A stretch of DNA of 63,999 nt, filler included, from Octopus bimaculoides (taxonomy: Eukaryota): the NCBI RefSeq assembly GCF_001194135.2. It is 5 parts of 5 records of this genome, joined end to end, with 100 filler letters (N's around TTAATTAATTAA, not from the genome) between each part and the next. Parts side by side here need not be neighbours in the genome. Positions count along the whole stretch, not along the records: positions 37,656 to 51,246 come from NC_068987.1; 4 more parts are not named here. One strand, 5' to 3'. Each line of letters opens with the position of its first letter. The stretch's first letter is position 1. Shown here one piece after another: positions 38,738 through 50,581 of this stretch. Below the pieces are notes generated by a model. It ran no database searches. It saw only the letters and a program-made list of their open reading frames with translations, and was not told where the DNA came from. The position numbers and the translations under genes were made by a program.

Positions 38738-39920
38738 CTGAAAAAAAAAAAAAAAAAGAAGAAACTGATATATGAGGCAGGGAAATAACAGCCAAATCAG
38801 CTTATTTATCAAATCAACATAATAATAATAGTGAGTTCCATAAACTAATTGGGCCTTTGAAGCCTATTTGATTTCTAATTTAGCACAAGATCAGTAATTT
38901 TAAGGGGAGGGGATATGTTGATACCATCGATCCCTGTACATGAGTGATAGTGAAGATGAATTCGGTAGACTAATTGGGCCACTGAAGCCAAATTAATTTC
39001 TGATTTAAGTACAGTGCCAGCAATTTTGAGGTGAGGAGCTAAGTTGACACCACTGATCCTAAGTCATAGTTTATTTTATTGACTCCTTTCGGAGGTCAAT
39101 AAACATTTACTATATACATATGAAATATATGACAGATATATGTCTATCTATCTATAACATATACACATACACACACACATAGTGTAGTTGTTGGTTATGG
39201 CCAGTCAGGGAGTTACCATAGGTTTCACACCTATTATGCTCTTAATGATATAAGCACCTCATCAGACGTGCTGGACAGAGGCACATAACCTTTCTATTAT
39301 GAGGTACAAATACAATGTTGGCCAGTCAGGATTGTACAAAAAAAAAACCCAAAATACCTCTGAAACAAATTTCTGCTAAGCAACATCCATTCTGGGCAAG
39401 ATGGAACAGTGTGCTATTTTTTTTATTTATCAATGACTGAACAATGTGAATTGTCATCATCATCATCATTGGTCAGCTGAAGAGCTTGTTTTGGCTTGGT
39501 TTCTACAACTCAATGCCCTTCCTAACGCCAACCACTTTGCAGAATACACTGGGTGCTTTTATGCAGCACCAGCATGGGCTGTATGAGTTTGTGTGGTTCC
39601 TTGCTATGACATTATGTACTATTTGTAAATGTTTCCATACTACAAACAATGTCATTTGTCTTCAATCTTCCAAGAAAGCATGTCCATTCGTTCTTTTATT
39701 TGTTTCAGTCATTTGATTGCAGCCATGCTAGAACACCAACTTGAAGGGTATTAGTCGAACAAATCGACCCCAGGGCTTATTTTTAAAAACCTAGTACTTA
39801 TTCTATCAGTCACTTTTGTCAAACTGCTAAGTTACAGGGACATGAACACACCAACACCAGTTGTCAAGCAGTAATGGGGATATATATAATCACATCATCA
39901 CATATATATATACATATAAT

Positions 39921-39958
<38 letters not shown>

Positions 39959-40311
39959 NNNNNNNNNNNNNNNNNNNNNNNNNNNNNNNNNNNNNNNNNN
40001 NNNNNNNNNNNNNNNNNNNNNNNNNNNNNNNNNNNNNNNNNNNNNNNNNNNNNNNNNNNNNNNNNNNNNNNNNNNNNNNNNNNNNNNNNNNNNNNNNNNN
40101 NNNNNNNNNNNNNNNNNNNNNNNNNNNNNNNNNNNNNNNNNNNNNNNNNNNNNNNNNNNNNNNNNNNNNNNNNNNNNNNNNNNNNNNNNNNNNNNNNNNN
40201 NNNNNNNNNNNNNNNNNNNNNNNNNNNNNNNNNNNNNNNNNNNNNNNNNNNNNNNNNNNNNNNNNNNNNNNNNNNNNNNNNNNNNNNNNNNNNNNNNNNN
40301 NNNNNNNNNNN

Positions 40312-40346
<35 letters not shown>

Positions 40347-40351
40347 TATAG

Positions 40352-40385
<34 letters not shown>

Positions 40386-40386
<1 letters not shown>

Positions 40387-40512
40387 AAAGGGTCATAGCC
40401 CAACTAATTAGGGAGCGAGTCAGTTTAGATGAGATGCAGTTTGGGTTCGTGCCAGGGAAAAGCACCACTGATACTATATTTCTGGTAAGACAGCTGCAGG
40501 AGAAATACCTAC
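40386..40512 (+). mobile_element. RTE-clade reverse transcriptase fragment
   Basis: RVIAQLIRERVSLDEMQFGFVPGKSTTDTIFLVRQLQEKY contains the QFGF..G.ST.D motif. Confidence 0.8.
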
Positions 40513-40714
40513 CTATTTTACTTATTCCTATTCCTGGTTACTGGATGTAAAGAACAGCCTGAAAAAGAATGTGCTCAATAATACTGACAAACAAAATGAA
40601 GATAAAACCTTTAGTAATGACTTAACAACCTATTCAAAGCTACAACAACATTTCTTTTATCATATGCTGCATATATGACAACTGTAAAAGAAAGATAGGT
40701 CTAAAACTACTCAC

Positions 40715-40906
40715 CAATGTCCAAAGAGCTTCAGAATCATTCAAGTCCCTTGTGGTCCCAAGGTAGATATCTACACATGCCAAATATTCAACCATCATTT
40801 TGTTCATTAGTAAATGTCCTAGTTCTTCAATGTAGACAACACTTGAATACAGACGTTCTGCTAGTGAAGCAGAAAGTGGATGTTGAGTCCAAAAATCTTC
40901 TTCTTG
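40715..40906 (-). CDS. EXD1: EXD1-like exon: QEEDFWTQHPLSASLAERLYSSVVYIEELGHLLMNKMMVEYLACVDIYLGTTRDLNDSEALWTL
   Basis: cag acceptor at 40907-40909 and GTGAGT donor at 40709-40714; 192 nt, phase 0-0, open. It aligns by eye with the EXD1 W-x-x-RP(L/V)S...YL...LM.EM...VD.YL segment. Confidence 0.85.
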
Positions 40907-41084
40907 CTGATCAAATCAGAAAGAATAAGAAATTAGTACAAACAGAAAAATTTTGTTGACTTAGTTCAATGTTGATTTTAAAGTGGGTGGTAACATTGTC
41001 AATTGAATCAGTCTAAGTTTATAACTTTAATGTATGTCCTAAGACTGAAGGTTGGTACTGATTTAGATTTAACCTTTTAGCATT

Positions 41085-41269
41085 CCACGCAAAAGCACCC
41101 ACTACACTCTCGAAATGGTTGGTGTTAGGAAGGGCATCCAGCTGTAGAAACTCTGCCAAATCAGATTGGAACCTGGTGTAGCCATCTGGTTCACCAGTCC
41201 TCAGTCAAATCGTCCAACCCATGCTAGCATGGAAGGCGGACGTTAAACGATGATGATGATGATGATGAT
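41085..41269 (+). mobile_element. Family E short retroposon with (TGA)n tail (RTE-type 3' end, inferred)
   Basis: gaagggcatccagctgtagaaac...catgctagcatggaaggcggacgttaaacga(tga)n. Copies lie at 39455-39590(-), 41835-42075(+), 43040-43250(-), 44025-44070(-), 47576-47790(-) and 48065-48195(+). Confidence 0.75.
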
Positions 41270-42144
41270 TTAAATTGCTTTGAATTAACCATGCATTATC
41301 TCATAGCTTCAAGATTTTGATGATGTGACTGTTTATTTTTAGAAAAGCATGAGACCTGGTCAGTTTGAACATAAAACAGGTAGAATATTTGGGCTGGATA
41401 TAGCCAGCTTGAATGCTAAAGGATTAAGTAGAAGAGGGATAAATCTCCGATACAAATAGAATGTAGGTCAGCCTATTACAGCTAATATTCCCTGATAATT
41501 TGATACTAAATTATGACATACAGACAGACTGAAACACAAAATTAAATACTTAATTCGAGATCAAGGAGTTGGTACTAATTTTATTAAATTCAGAGAAATG
41601 AAAGACAACTCCAGTGAGATCTGAACTAAAATTTTACAACAAACTGGTATTTTATTTTTTTTTACTATCAATTTAAATAACAATTTTATTTATTTTTTAA
41701 AAAAATGTTGAACCTAATTTGAATTGTAAATATTGTCCTACATCTCTAGTTTGGTTTATGAAGAAAACAAATTCTGAATTTTATTAATGTGAAATATGTG
41801 AACTGTGTACAAAAAAAGAAATAACTTAAAGATCCTTTCATGTGGTTCAACCACATAAAAGACACCTGTGCTATGTGTAAGGGCACTCTTGCTGGTGACA
41901 TGTAAAAGACACCCAGTACACTCTGTAAAGTGGTTGATGTCAGGAAGGGCATCCAGCTGTAAAACCAAGCCAAAACAGACGTCTGAAACTTGGTGCAGCT
42001 TTCTGGCTTACCAGCTCCAGTCAAGCCGTCTACCCTATGCCGGCATGGGAAACGGACATTAAATGATGATAATGACTATGAACTCATCAATTATCAACTT
42101 TAGCAAAGCAGTTAAAAAGAATATCACAAGAATAGCTAACTTAC

Positions 42145-42300
42145 TTTTGATCTGTTTTGCCTGATTCGGATGCAAGATATCTGTTCTGTGCTTAGTTCCA
42201 AGTGACCGTATAAACAAGCAGCCAGGTTCTGGACGTGTTTTGGCCATGTATCTCGATGACCACACCCATGCCATATACGATGAACAAACACATCAGCAAC
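42145..42300 (-). CDS. EXD1: EXD1-like exon: VADVFVHRIWHGCGHRDTWPKHVQNLAACLYGHLELSTEQISCIRIRQNRSK
   Basis: tttttcag acceptor at 42301-42303 and GTAAGT donor at 42139-42144; 156 nt, phase 0-0. VADV follows VFDTQ exactly as in EXD1. Confidence 0.85.
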
Positions 42301-42921
42301 CTGAAAAATTTAGCAGGAATAACATAAAAATAAAATACTTCAATTCTCAAATTAAAGTCTAACTTAAAAATCACAGCAGTCACACTCATATAAAATCTAT
42401 TATTATTATCGATTTCAAATTTTGGCACAAGGCCAGCAATTTCAGGGTAGGGGGATGAGTCAAATATGTCAACCCCAGCACTCAACTGGTACTTATTTTA
42501 TCGACCCAGAAAGGATAAAAGGCGAAATCAATCATGGCAGAAGTTACTGAGTTCAAATTCCACTGGGGTTGACTTTGCCTTTCATCTTTTTGAGGTCAAT
42601 TAAATAAGTACCAGTTATGCACTCGGGTTGATGTAATTGACTTAATCCCTTCCCCCAAATTTCAAGCCATGTGCCTACAGTAGAAAGGATTATCATAATA
42701 GTAATAATTATCATTATTACTATTGTTATTATTATTAGGACGACGATGATGAATTCTATCATTTGAAGAAAGTATTTTGACACGCTTCATTTCAGGTAAA
42801 AGTTAAATTAGCTACATCACTCACTCCACATCAACTTTGATTACTTAGATGGATATATTAAAGCCGTTTGGTACTGAAACTTCTGAAATCATTAAGAGCC
42901 CTATGATACAAACCTGCTATT

Positions 42922-43658
42922 TTAACCCTTTAGCATTTGAACCAGTCATATCCAGCCCAATTATTCTACCTATTTTATGTTAACACTAGCCACATCCTGC
43001 TTGTCACAGTGACCCTACAATGTCATTCTAAAAATAAATCATCATCATCATTTAGCATCTGTTTTCCATTTTGGTTAAACAATTTGACTTGAACTGGTAA
43101 GCTGGAGAGCTGCACCAGGCTCCAGCAGTCTGTTTTGGCTTGGTTTCTACAGCTGGATGTCCTCCCTAATGCCAACAACCCCACAGAGTGTACTGGGTGC
43201 CTTTAATATGTCACCAGTATAGGTGCCTTTAACATGTCACTGGCACATCAATGAAATCTTGAAGTTATAAGATAATGTGTAATTAATTCAAAACAATGTG
43301 AATAAATAAACATTTGGCTGTGGTTAGAGCACCAGGCTCACAATTATGAGGTGGTGAGTGCAATTCCCAGAGTGGGCTGTGTTTTGTTTTCACTCCAGTT
43401 CACTCAGCTGTAGAAATGAGTTGCAACATCACTGGTGCCAAGCTGTGTCAGCCTTTGTCTTTCCCTTGGATAACATTGTTGGTGTGGAGAGGGAAGGTGG
43501 TTGGTATGCATGGGCAATTGCTGGTCTTCCATAAACAACCTTGCCTGGACTTGTGCCTCAGAGGGTAACTTTCTAGGCACAATCCCATGGACATTCATGA
43601 TTATAAAGGGACTTTACCCTTTATGTTCGACAAAGAAATCTGAATGTTAAAGGGTTAA
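42922..43658. mobile_element. piggyBac-type MITE carrying two nested insertions (family E and family C SINE)
   Basis: TTAA at 42922-42925 and 43655-43658 flank the CCCTTTA...TAAAGGG termini. The MITE body resumes after each insert. Confidence 0.75.
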
Positions 43659-44453
43659 AGTGATTTAAATTAAAACTTTCTATCATGTTAATTAATGTTT
43701 CCAACACCAGCTAAATAATAACTAAATTCTTCATAATTTTCAAAATTAATTGAAACAAAGGCAATGCATTTCATTAGAAATTTGGCAATGAAATCATAAA
43801 CCTGCAACAAAGAAGACGAATTTTGGTCATCAATAATTTGATATGGCTAAAGTGAATTGTGCCAATTTTCCATTTCAAGGCAAACTGATATATGTATGGT
43901 GCAGGGAGCTAAGTTATTTTTCAAGGAATACTTAAACATGGAAAAGTTGGAGCTGTGGTGCACAGGGATGGGGGTGGGGAAACTGCAGTTTGGTTGATAG
44001 GCAGACCAGACTTTTGTAACATCACCATCATCCTTTAACGTCTGTTTTCCATGCTGGCATGGGTTGGAAACTATCTGATATTACCCAGTGGTAAAAATAT
44101 ATTCCCATATTCCCAATATTCTTCCTCATATGTTGGGTAACCATCTAAAGGCCTTTATAACACATTGGTGACAAAATGATATTACATCACAATAAAGTAG
44201 GGAAATTTTTGAGATAGGAAGTATCAATTGTAGTGGTAGAAATAGATGGAGAATTAGTAAAGATAGGAGGCACAGGTGGAGGAGATAAATGTACTATTTA
44301 AGAGAGGGGGAGAGTGAAGTACCAGTAGTAAGCATGAACAATATCATATAAGGTAGTGTGGCTTTTCAATCAACAAGGAGTACTGTTTGTATGAGTTTTA
44401 AAAAATAGAAAACTCATTAAATTTTTTTTTAATTAAATTTGAAAAATACTTAC

Positions 44454-44534
44454 TTGTGTATCAAAAACATTTGCTAATTGCACATTATATTTGTTGTAGA
44501 GAAGATCTGATATAAAACGGCAATCATGGATAAA
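44454..44534 (-). CDS. EXD1: EXD1-like exon, Exo II region: FIHDCRFISDLLYNKYNVQLANVFDTQ
   Basis: tttcag acceptor and GTAAGT donor; 81 nt, phase 0-0. It is a near-diagnostic match to the EXD1/Egalitarian-type motif xIHDCRxxSDxLxxxYxVxLxNVFDTQ. Confidence 0.92.
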
Positions 44535-44636
44535 CTGAAACAGAAAGACACAAAAGAAAATACCTCTTTAATTTTTGTTTATAAAATATGAAAAAAAACA
44601 AAAAAAAAAACAATAACAACAACAAAATATACAGCT

Positions 44637-44915
44637 TTGAGCGACAGGTTTATAGTTGAGTCTGTGGCAGTGGAGACCTCCAGTGTTCTCAGCCTGCAGA
44701 GCATATCCCTGCTCACCACTATTAGGGCAGAAACGACTGTCTACAAATGTGAGCCCTGTGTGTCAGAGTGGCTGTTTCAGCGCATCTCCCTCATCATTCT
44801 CTGGGGCAACGCCTTTTCCATTTTGTCTGCTGGGACTATGAGGTGGTCTGAGTTACAGGAAATTGTACGTTTCATTCCTTAATGTAAAGTTATTCCTAAT
44901 AATATTTAATCTAAC
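44637..44915 (+). mobile_element. 3' fragment of a CRE-like RLE non-LTR retrotransposon
   Basis: VAVETSSVL...EPCVSEWLFQRISLIILWGNAFSILS matches the P(L/I)xxET.G...FQR(L/I)S..I.RGNA C-terminal pattern. Confidence 0.65.
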
Positions 44916-45703
44916 TCAACAGGTGTGATGATCGTGATAATATTTGGAATTATAATGGTGAGGATGAAAAAGACAATACAAATGATAATGACAATGGTGT
45001 TCTTGATGATGAAGATGAGGAGGAGAACAATAATGATTTCAATGGTCAACTGAAGATAAAAAGAAAAAAGTACAGACCCAAATAAAGAATAGTAAGTTAT
45101 TGAACAAGATCAAATAAAACTGTTCCTGTGATGTGTCCTATTGTGTTGGATACCTCTTGGACAGCATTCACTAAAGGGACTGCTTTATGTCACTGGTCAG
45201 TGTTAACATAAGTGGGATAGATTTTACAAATTCTGACATTTCTGTATACTTAGAGCATCATTTCTACATCTATCCTATCATTTGTAAACAGAACCTGCTT
45301 GTCAAATTGACAAGCCAATGAAAGTGTATTATGTATCTCATGAATTCTCTGGTTCTCAAAATTCACTCAGTGTTTTATTTTTACCCAAACAGTTTTGTGC
45401 CATGCTCAATGGGGAGTATGCACCAGCTGTAGCAGTAAGGTTTGAAGTCCTGACCAACTGGTTACTAAACAAGCTCTTACACTGTTGAGCCTCATGACGT
45501 TAAAACTAGGTTCTATTAACATACTCTATTATGATAACTATGTCGTGCATGAACCCTAAACAAGATTTAAGTGTAGATGAGAAGAAATATTTGTAATGTA
45601 TCTAGTTCTAATCTCTAGTAACAACCAACTCACACTCCTTATAATGAACAGAACTTTAATAATACAAAGTAATTATTCCTTCTTATAAATAAAAATGACT
45701 AAC

Positions 45704-45808
45704 TTTAGTTATAGTCAAGTCCTCTAAAATGGCTTTCAGTCCAAGACTGAAAATTTTCTTCTCCAAAGTTCTAAAGTCAAAAATATAGACGTGTGATTTC
45801 ACTGCTAT
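45704..45808 (-). CDS. EXD1: EXD1-like exon: IAVKSHVYIFDFRTLEKKIFSLGLKAILEDLTITK
   Basis: ttttacag acceptor and GTTAGT donor; 105 nt, phase 0-0. It matches the 3'-5' exonuclease pattern VYLFD....F..GL..ILED..I.K. Confidence 0.9.
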
Positions 45809-46309
45809 CTGTAAAAGAAAATAAAATAAAAAATAAATTAAACATTGATAAGATGAATACCACGAGTCAGCATATTATATTAGAGTAAACAGTCAAACAT
45901 TATCATTATCTTTTCAAATCCTGCTGCATTTCACATGGAAATTTTGGTGGTCCAAAGTTGTCTTGTATAAGTTTACTTACCTATTTTTGGCTGTAAATTT
46001 TGGTCAATAAATTTGACCTGCATGCCAGAAAATATAGTAGTAAACATACTAAGACATTCTTGCTGAGGTTTCACATATAGCAGTATGGTTTTAAAAAATG
46101 GTTCATAATATTTTTTTTAACAATCCTTCTTATCAAAATATGTGATCCACACAGCATCAAGCATAAAAAAAAAATCTATTTGGAAAATACTGCAGCACTG
46201 AAGATTTATGATGATGATAATTTGAAAATAGAAGACTCCAATATTTAATCATCATGCTTCATATATTTCCAATTAACATGGTTTCGATCAAATAAAAGGT
46301 AAAAAAAAA

Positions 46310-46590
46310 AAAAGGCTTCCTTTAGTCATGAATGACTATGGGATTGCACCTAGAAAGTTACCCTCCAAGGCACAAGTAAGGTTGTTTATGGAAGACCAGC
46401 AGTCACCCATGCATACCAGCTTCCCTTCTCCACACCACTGATGTTATCCAAGGGAAAGGCAGAGACTGATACAGCTTGGCACTAGTGACATCGCAACTCA
46501 TTTCTACAACTGAGTGAACTGGAGCAACATGAAATAAAGCGTCTTGCTCAAGAACACAACAAACAACCCAGTCCGGGAATCGAATTCAAT
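46310..46590 (-). mobile_element. SINE family C
   Basis: Colinear with the plus-strand copy at about 43318-43592. It has a tRNA-like head and the block ctccagttcactcagctgtagaaatgag. Confidence 0.75.
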
Positions 46591-46889
46591 CAAATTACCT
46601 TTTTACTGGTTACAAGGCTGTGTTGCAATAAATGCATGCATGCAACTTGTCAGGAACTGTCCCAAGTAATAAAATTTCTTACACTGGCTACAGTACCATA
46701 ACTTTACAGATGAGGGGTACAGTTGACTGAATTCAATCTAGTACATGCTTGGTACTTTTTTAATCAGCTTTAAATGAAAGGGATACAGAGCAATATCATG
46801 AAATGAATAGAGGAAAAAAAACTACTGTTGTGATCACTCTACTGCTCTTATGGAATAGGGCAATAAAATAATTGTATGTTAAGACTTAC

Positions 46890-46976
46890 CGTAACCCAGA
46901 CAATTGTCCCAAATCGACCTTCTCCTAAGCTCTCTATATTCAAGCCAATTGAGTGTTCTCTTTGAATTAAATCTAA
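46890..46976 (-). CDS. EXD1: EXD1-like exon, Exo I region: LDLIQREHSIGLNIESLGEGRFGTIVWVT
   Basis: tttacag acceptor at 46977-46979 and GTAAGT donor at 46884-46889; 87 nt, phase 0-0. It carries an Exo I-like xGxNxE and the downstream R-x-G-x-x-x-W pattern. Confidence 0.87.
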
Positions 46977-47814
46977 CTGTAAAGAGTAAAACAAATATAT
47001 AAATTAGAGGATTTCAGCCAGTAGCAGTAACAGTAGTGGTAGTAGTAATGCTGAGTTGCAGTAGCAATAGTATGCAGTTCATTTGTATTACAATGACTGC
47101 CCAAATATAGTTGAAAATCGTAGTACCAAAAGTGGATCCTTTTCCTTCACAGGTTTCTATCCTGGGCTATTGTGGTCAAGCTGTGACATTAAGTTATGCT
47201 TAATCAAATCTTTATATCTTAATTGAAGTTTCTAAGGTTTCTAGATTTTCCATCTAAGGATTTTTGTTCATGAGGCTTGGGTTGACATGTTGCTATGATA
47301 TAGTCATTTTCCCAGCATGCTAGGCACTCGAAATCTCATGGTAGTGGAGCAAATTTTATAACCTCTGTTTATATACATTCAAAGCAAAACTGGAGAGTTG
47401 GTTTATAAATCAAATTACATCATCTTCCACATGTTTAGTGAAGATAATAGGTGAATTAAGTAATCTGGTCCAAGTAGGTTTACTAAAGTTTCACACAGAG
47501 ATCCATATTGAATGGAAAACTTACCTGGTTTGAATTGCATAATTCAGTCAATACGCTCACTGAAATGTATATAAGATGACATCATCATTATTTAATGTCT
47601 GTTTTCCATGCTGGCATGGGTTGGACAGTTTGACAGGAACTGACAAGGCCAGTTGCTGCACCAAATTCCATAGTTTGATTTGGTTTGGTTTTTACAGCTG
47701 GATGCCCTTCCTAATGCCAAACATTTTACACAGTATACTGATGTTTTTTACATGGCACCAGCACCAGTGCTTTTTATGTGACAACATGAACCAACTCTCC
47801 AGTTTTGTTGGTAT

Positions 47815-47902
<88 letters not shown>

Positions 47903-48267
47903 CAAATACCAGGGTTTGGCGCTCTATTACTTTAGTCTCTCAACACCTGGCATAGAACAATTCCTCCCTTCTCCATTTAATAGAGGAAGTTTTTTCCTTC
48001 TTCCTGTTCTTTTCTTTTTCTTGTCTTGCATTTTACTAGGCGACCTCACATATATACTCTGTTAAGTGGTTGGCATCAAACTATAGGAACCATGCCATAA
48101 TTGACATTGGAGCTCAATGCAGCCCGATGTCTCACTGCATCCTGTCAAACCATCCGAATCATGCTAGCATGGAAAATGAATGTTAAATGATGACAACAAA
48201 GACAATGAGAGGGAGAGAGAGAGAGAAAGGTTTATTCATTTGTGAAGATAGTGCTATATAATCAGTG

Positions 48268-48650
48268 TGAAGGTTCAATGGCCCAGTGGTTAGGGTAGCA
48301 GACTCACAGTCGTGGGATTGCAGTTTCAATTCCCAGACCAGGCGTTGTGAGTGTTTATTGAGCAAAAACACCTAAAACTTCACAAGGCTCAGGCAGGGGG
48401 TGCTTGCAAGCCCTGCTGTACTCTTTTACCACAAGTTTCTCTCACTCTTACTTCCTGTTTCTGTTGTACCTGTATTTCAAAGGACCAGCCTTGTCATACA
48501 CTGTGTCATGCTGAATCTTCCCAAGAACTACGTTAAGGGTACACGTGTTTGTGGAGTGCTCAGCCACTTGCACGTTGATTTCATGAGCAGGCTGTTCCAT
48601 TGATCAGATCAACTGGAACCCTCGTCGTTGTAACCAACGGAGTGCCACAA
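48268..48650 (+). mobile_element. SINE family B, full length, in an EXD1 intron
   Basis: Colinear with the 22360 copy; TSD tataatcagtg at 48257-48267 and 48651-48661. Confidence 0.88.
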
Positions 48651-49123
48651 TATAATCAGTGAACAAATTAAGTTATTTTTTTCTTTACTCACTCATTGTG
48701 CTAGTAAAACCATGTATGTGTATATGTATGTACACATACATGTGTGTTTGATCTGAATGTTTTCTCTATGCATCTTAAGACTTGGATATATGTAATGTAT
48801 GTACTGCGGCTATGTGCGTGTGAGCTTTGCATATGTCTTTCTGTTACATGCACACATTATTTTTTTCTATTGTCTGTCATTAGCAATTACAACTAGTTTC
48901 TTTTATGTGTTTGTATAATATAGAACAAAATTCTTCTTTTTTGAATGGTCCAAGGCTCAGAAATGCACTACAGTTTACTGCAAGCAAAAGTGCTGGTCTT
49001 TATGAGTACATTGTTAAAACATTTTGTCACCATCAGTGCTTCATCTAAAATCATGGAACACGCAGTCAGAATTTGAATATTGGTATCACAAAAACATTTG
49101 AGACAAACAAGGGATTAACTTAC

Positions 49124-49239
49124 AGTAGCTTTGAGACTTTTGCTTTCTACGATAGTGAATTTATCACATGATTTTGCCAGGTCTTTGTTTAAATGGTTCT
49201 TTTCAGTTTGTGTCATCTCATCTTCCTCACTTTTCTCGT
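49124..49239 (-). CDS. EXD1: EXD1-like exon: (D)EKSEEDEMTQTEKNHLNKDLAKSCDKFTIVESKSLKAT
   Basis: Pyrimidine tract, ctaat branch-like motif and tag acceptor; GTAAGT donor. It is 116 nt, phase 1 in and 0 out, joining the Exo I exon in frame. FTIV sits where EXD1 has YTVI. Confidence 0.75.
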
Positions 49240-49802
49240 CTAAATTAGTCAACAGAACAGAAACAAATGGCAAAGAGAATAATTTTACAAGCACTATATA
49301 ATATATAACTTTTTTCTATGACAACAATTTAGATAATGTGCTGGTGTATTTCAGTGGATTTTGTTTGAATTTTTATCATTTAAAAAAGTGATTGTTGAGA
49401 TTTCTTAAAAAAAAAATTTTCACCTCTTCACCTTTTTTTTTGTCTTTTCTTACCATCTTTTAACTTCTCTTAATTCATTCAGTAACAGACTTTTACCTTC
49501 CTAGCCTCTCCTACCAACAGCACTACCCTGTAGTTTTATTATACTATAAAAAAAACTTAGATTAGATATATCTAAACAACATGGATTTAACTATAGAGTA
49601 CATTTGATTTCTGTTACTTTCTCATAATTTCTCTGGTGCTTGTGAGTGCTGCAAAGAAGCTAAGGTCCTGAGGAATTCAATACATGATGTGCCAGAAGTT
49701 ACATATACCACTGATGGCCTTGAAAAAAAGTGGAAAAACATCCATGTTTCTGCTTTCTATCACCTAAAAATGTAGGGTTTTAAATTGAACCAAAATAAAC
49801 TA

Positions 49803-50021
49803 TTAACCCTTTAGCATTCAGATTATTCTGTCAAATGTAGTGCTTATTTATTCACATTCTTTTGAATAATCATGCATTATTGCAGAACTTTGAGATTTCA
49901 ATGTGTTAAATTTTAGAATGATATTGTAAGGTAAGTGTGAGAGGCTGGATCTGGCTGGTTGAATGTAAAACAGGTAGAATATTTGGTCTGGGTATGGCCA
50001 GTTTAAATGTTAAAGGATTAG
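49803..50021. mobile_element. piggyBac-type MITE (TTAA-CCCTTTAGCATT ends), uninterrupted copy
   Basis: ttaa|ccctttagcatt ... aatgttaaagga|ttag. Interrupted copies lie at 41069-41427 and 42922-43658. Confidence 0.75.
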
Positions 50022-50534
50022 GAGAGAAATGAATCAACAGACTTATCTAAATGTATTACATAGTTTATATAATTTTAATTTCAATACATAAAACAAATGC
50101 TTTGCTTTTAATCTTTTTAATTTCGATAGAATAAATATCAGTAATATACAAGGATAAAATCAACCAGTTACATTCAATCATAGGAAAATTTGGTCTTGGA
50201 TGTTTGAATGTAATCAGACAGAGTAAGCTGCAGCTGAAAGTTTCATGACTTATTATTCCATCATAACAGCAAAATCCAGACAAATTACTAAAACTTGCAG
50301 CATCCTTACCCACCCATCCATAAATAGCTGCCCATCACCACTAAAATCAATGAAAACGCCAACATGTTAATGAATGTTTTATGAATGCACAATATACAGT
50401 ACAAAGGTGAAAACTGGTAAAAATAGGCTTATCTAAAGACACAGGACAAGACAGTCTTGTGTGGTGTCCCTACAAACCCAAAAAGTTACAGTCTTTTATC
50501 ATCAACAGACCCAATGAAATCAATATTAACTTAC

Positions 50535-50581
50535 CTGTATCAAATTCATTAGGTTCATCTTCCTCATAACTGAAGCTGGCC
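50535..50581 (-). CDS. EXD1: EXD1-like linker exon: ASFSYEEDEPNEFDT
   Basis: tttgcag acceptor and CAG|GTAAGT donor; 47 nt, phase 2 in and 1 out, matching the next exon. The acidic linker is supported by splice signals and phase only. Confidence 0.6.
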
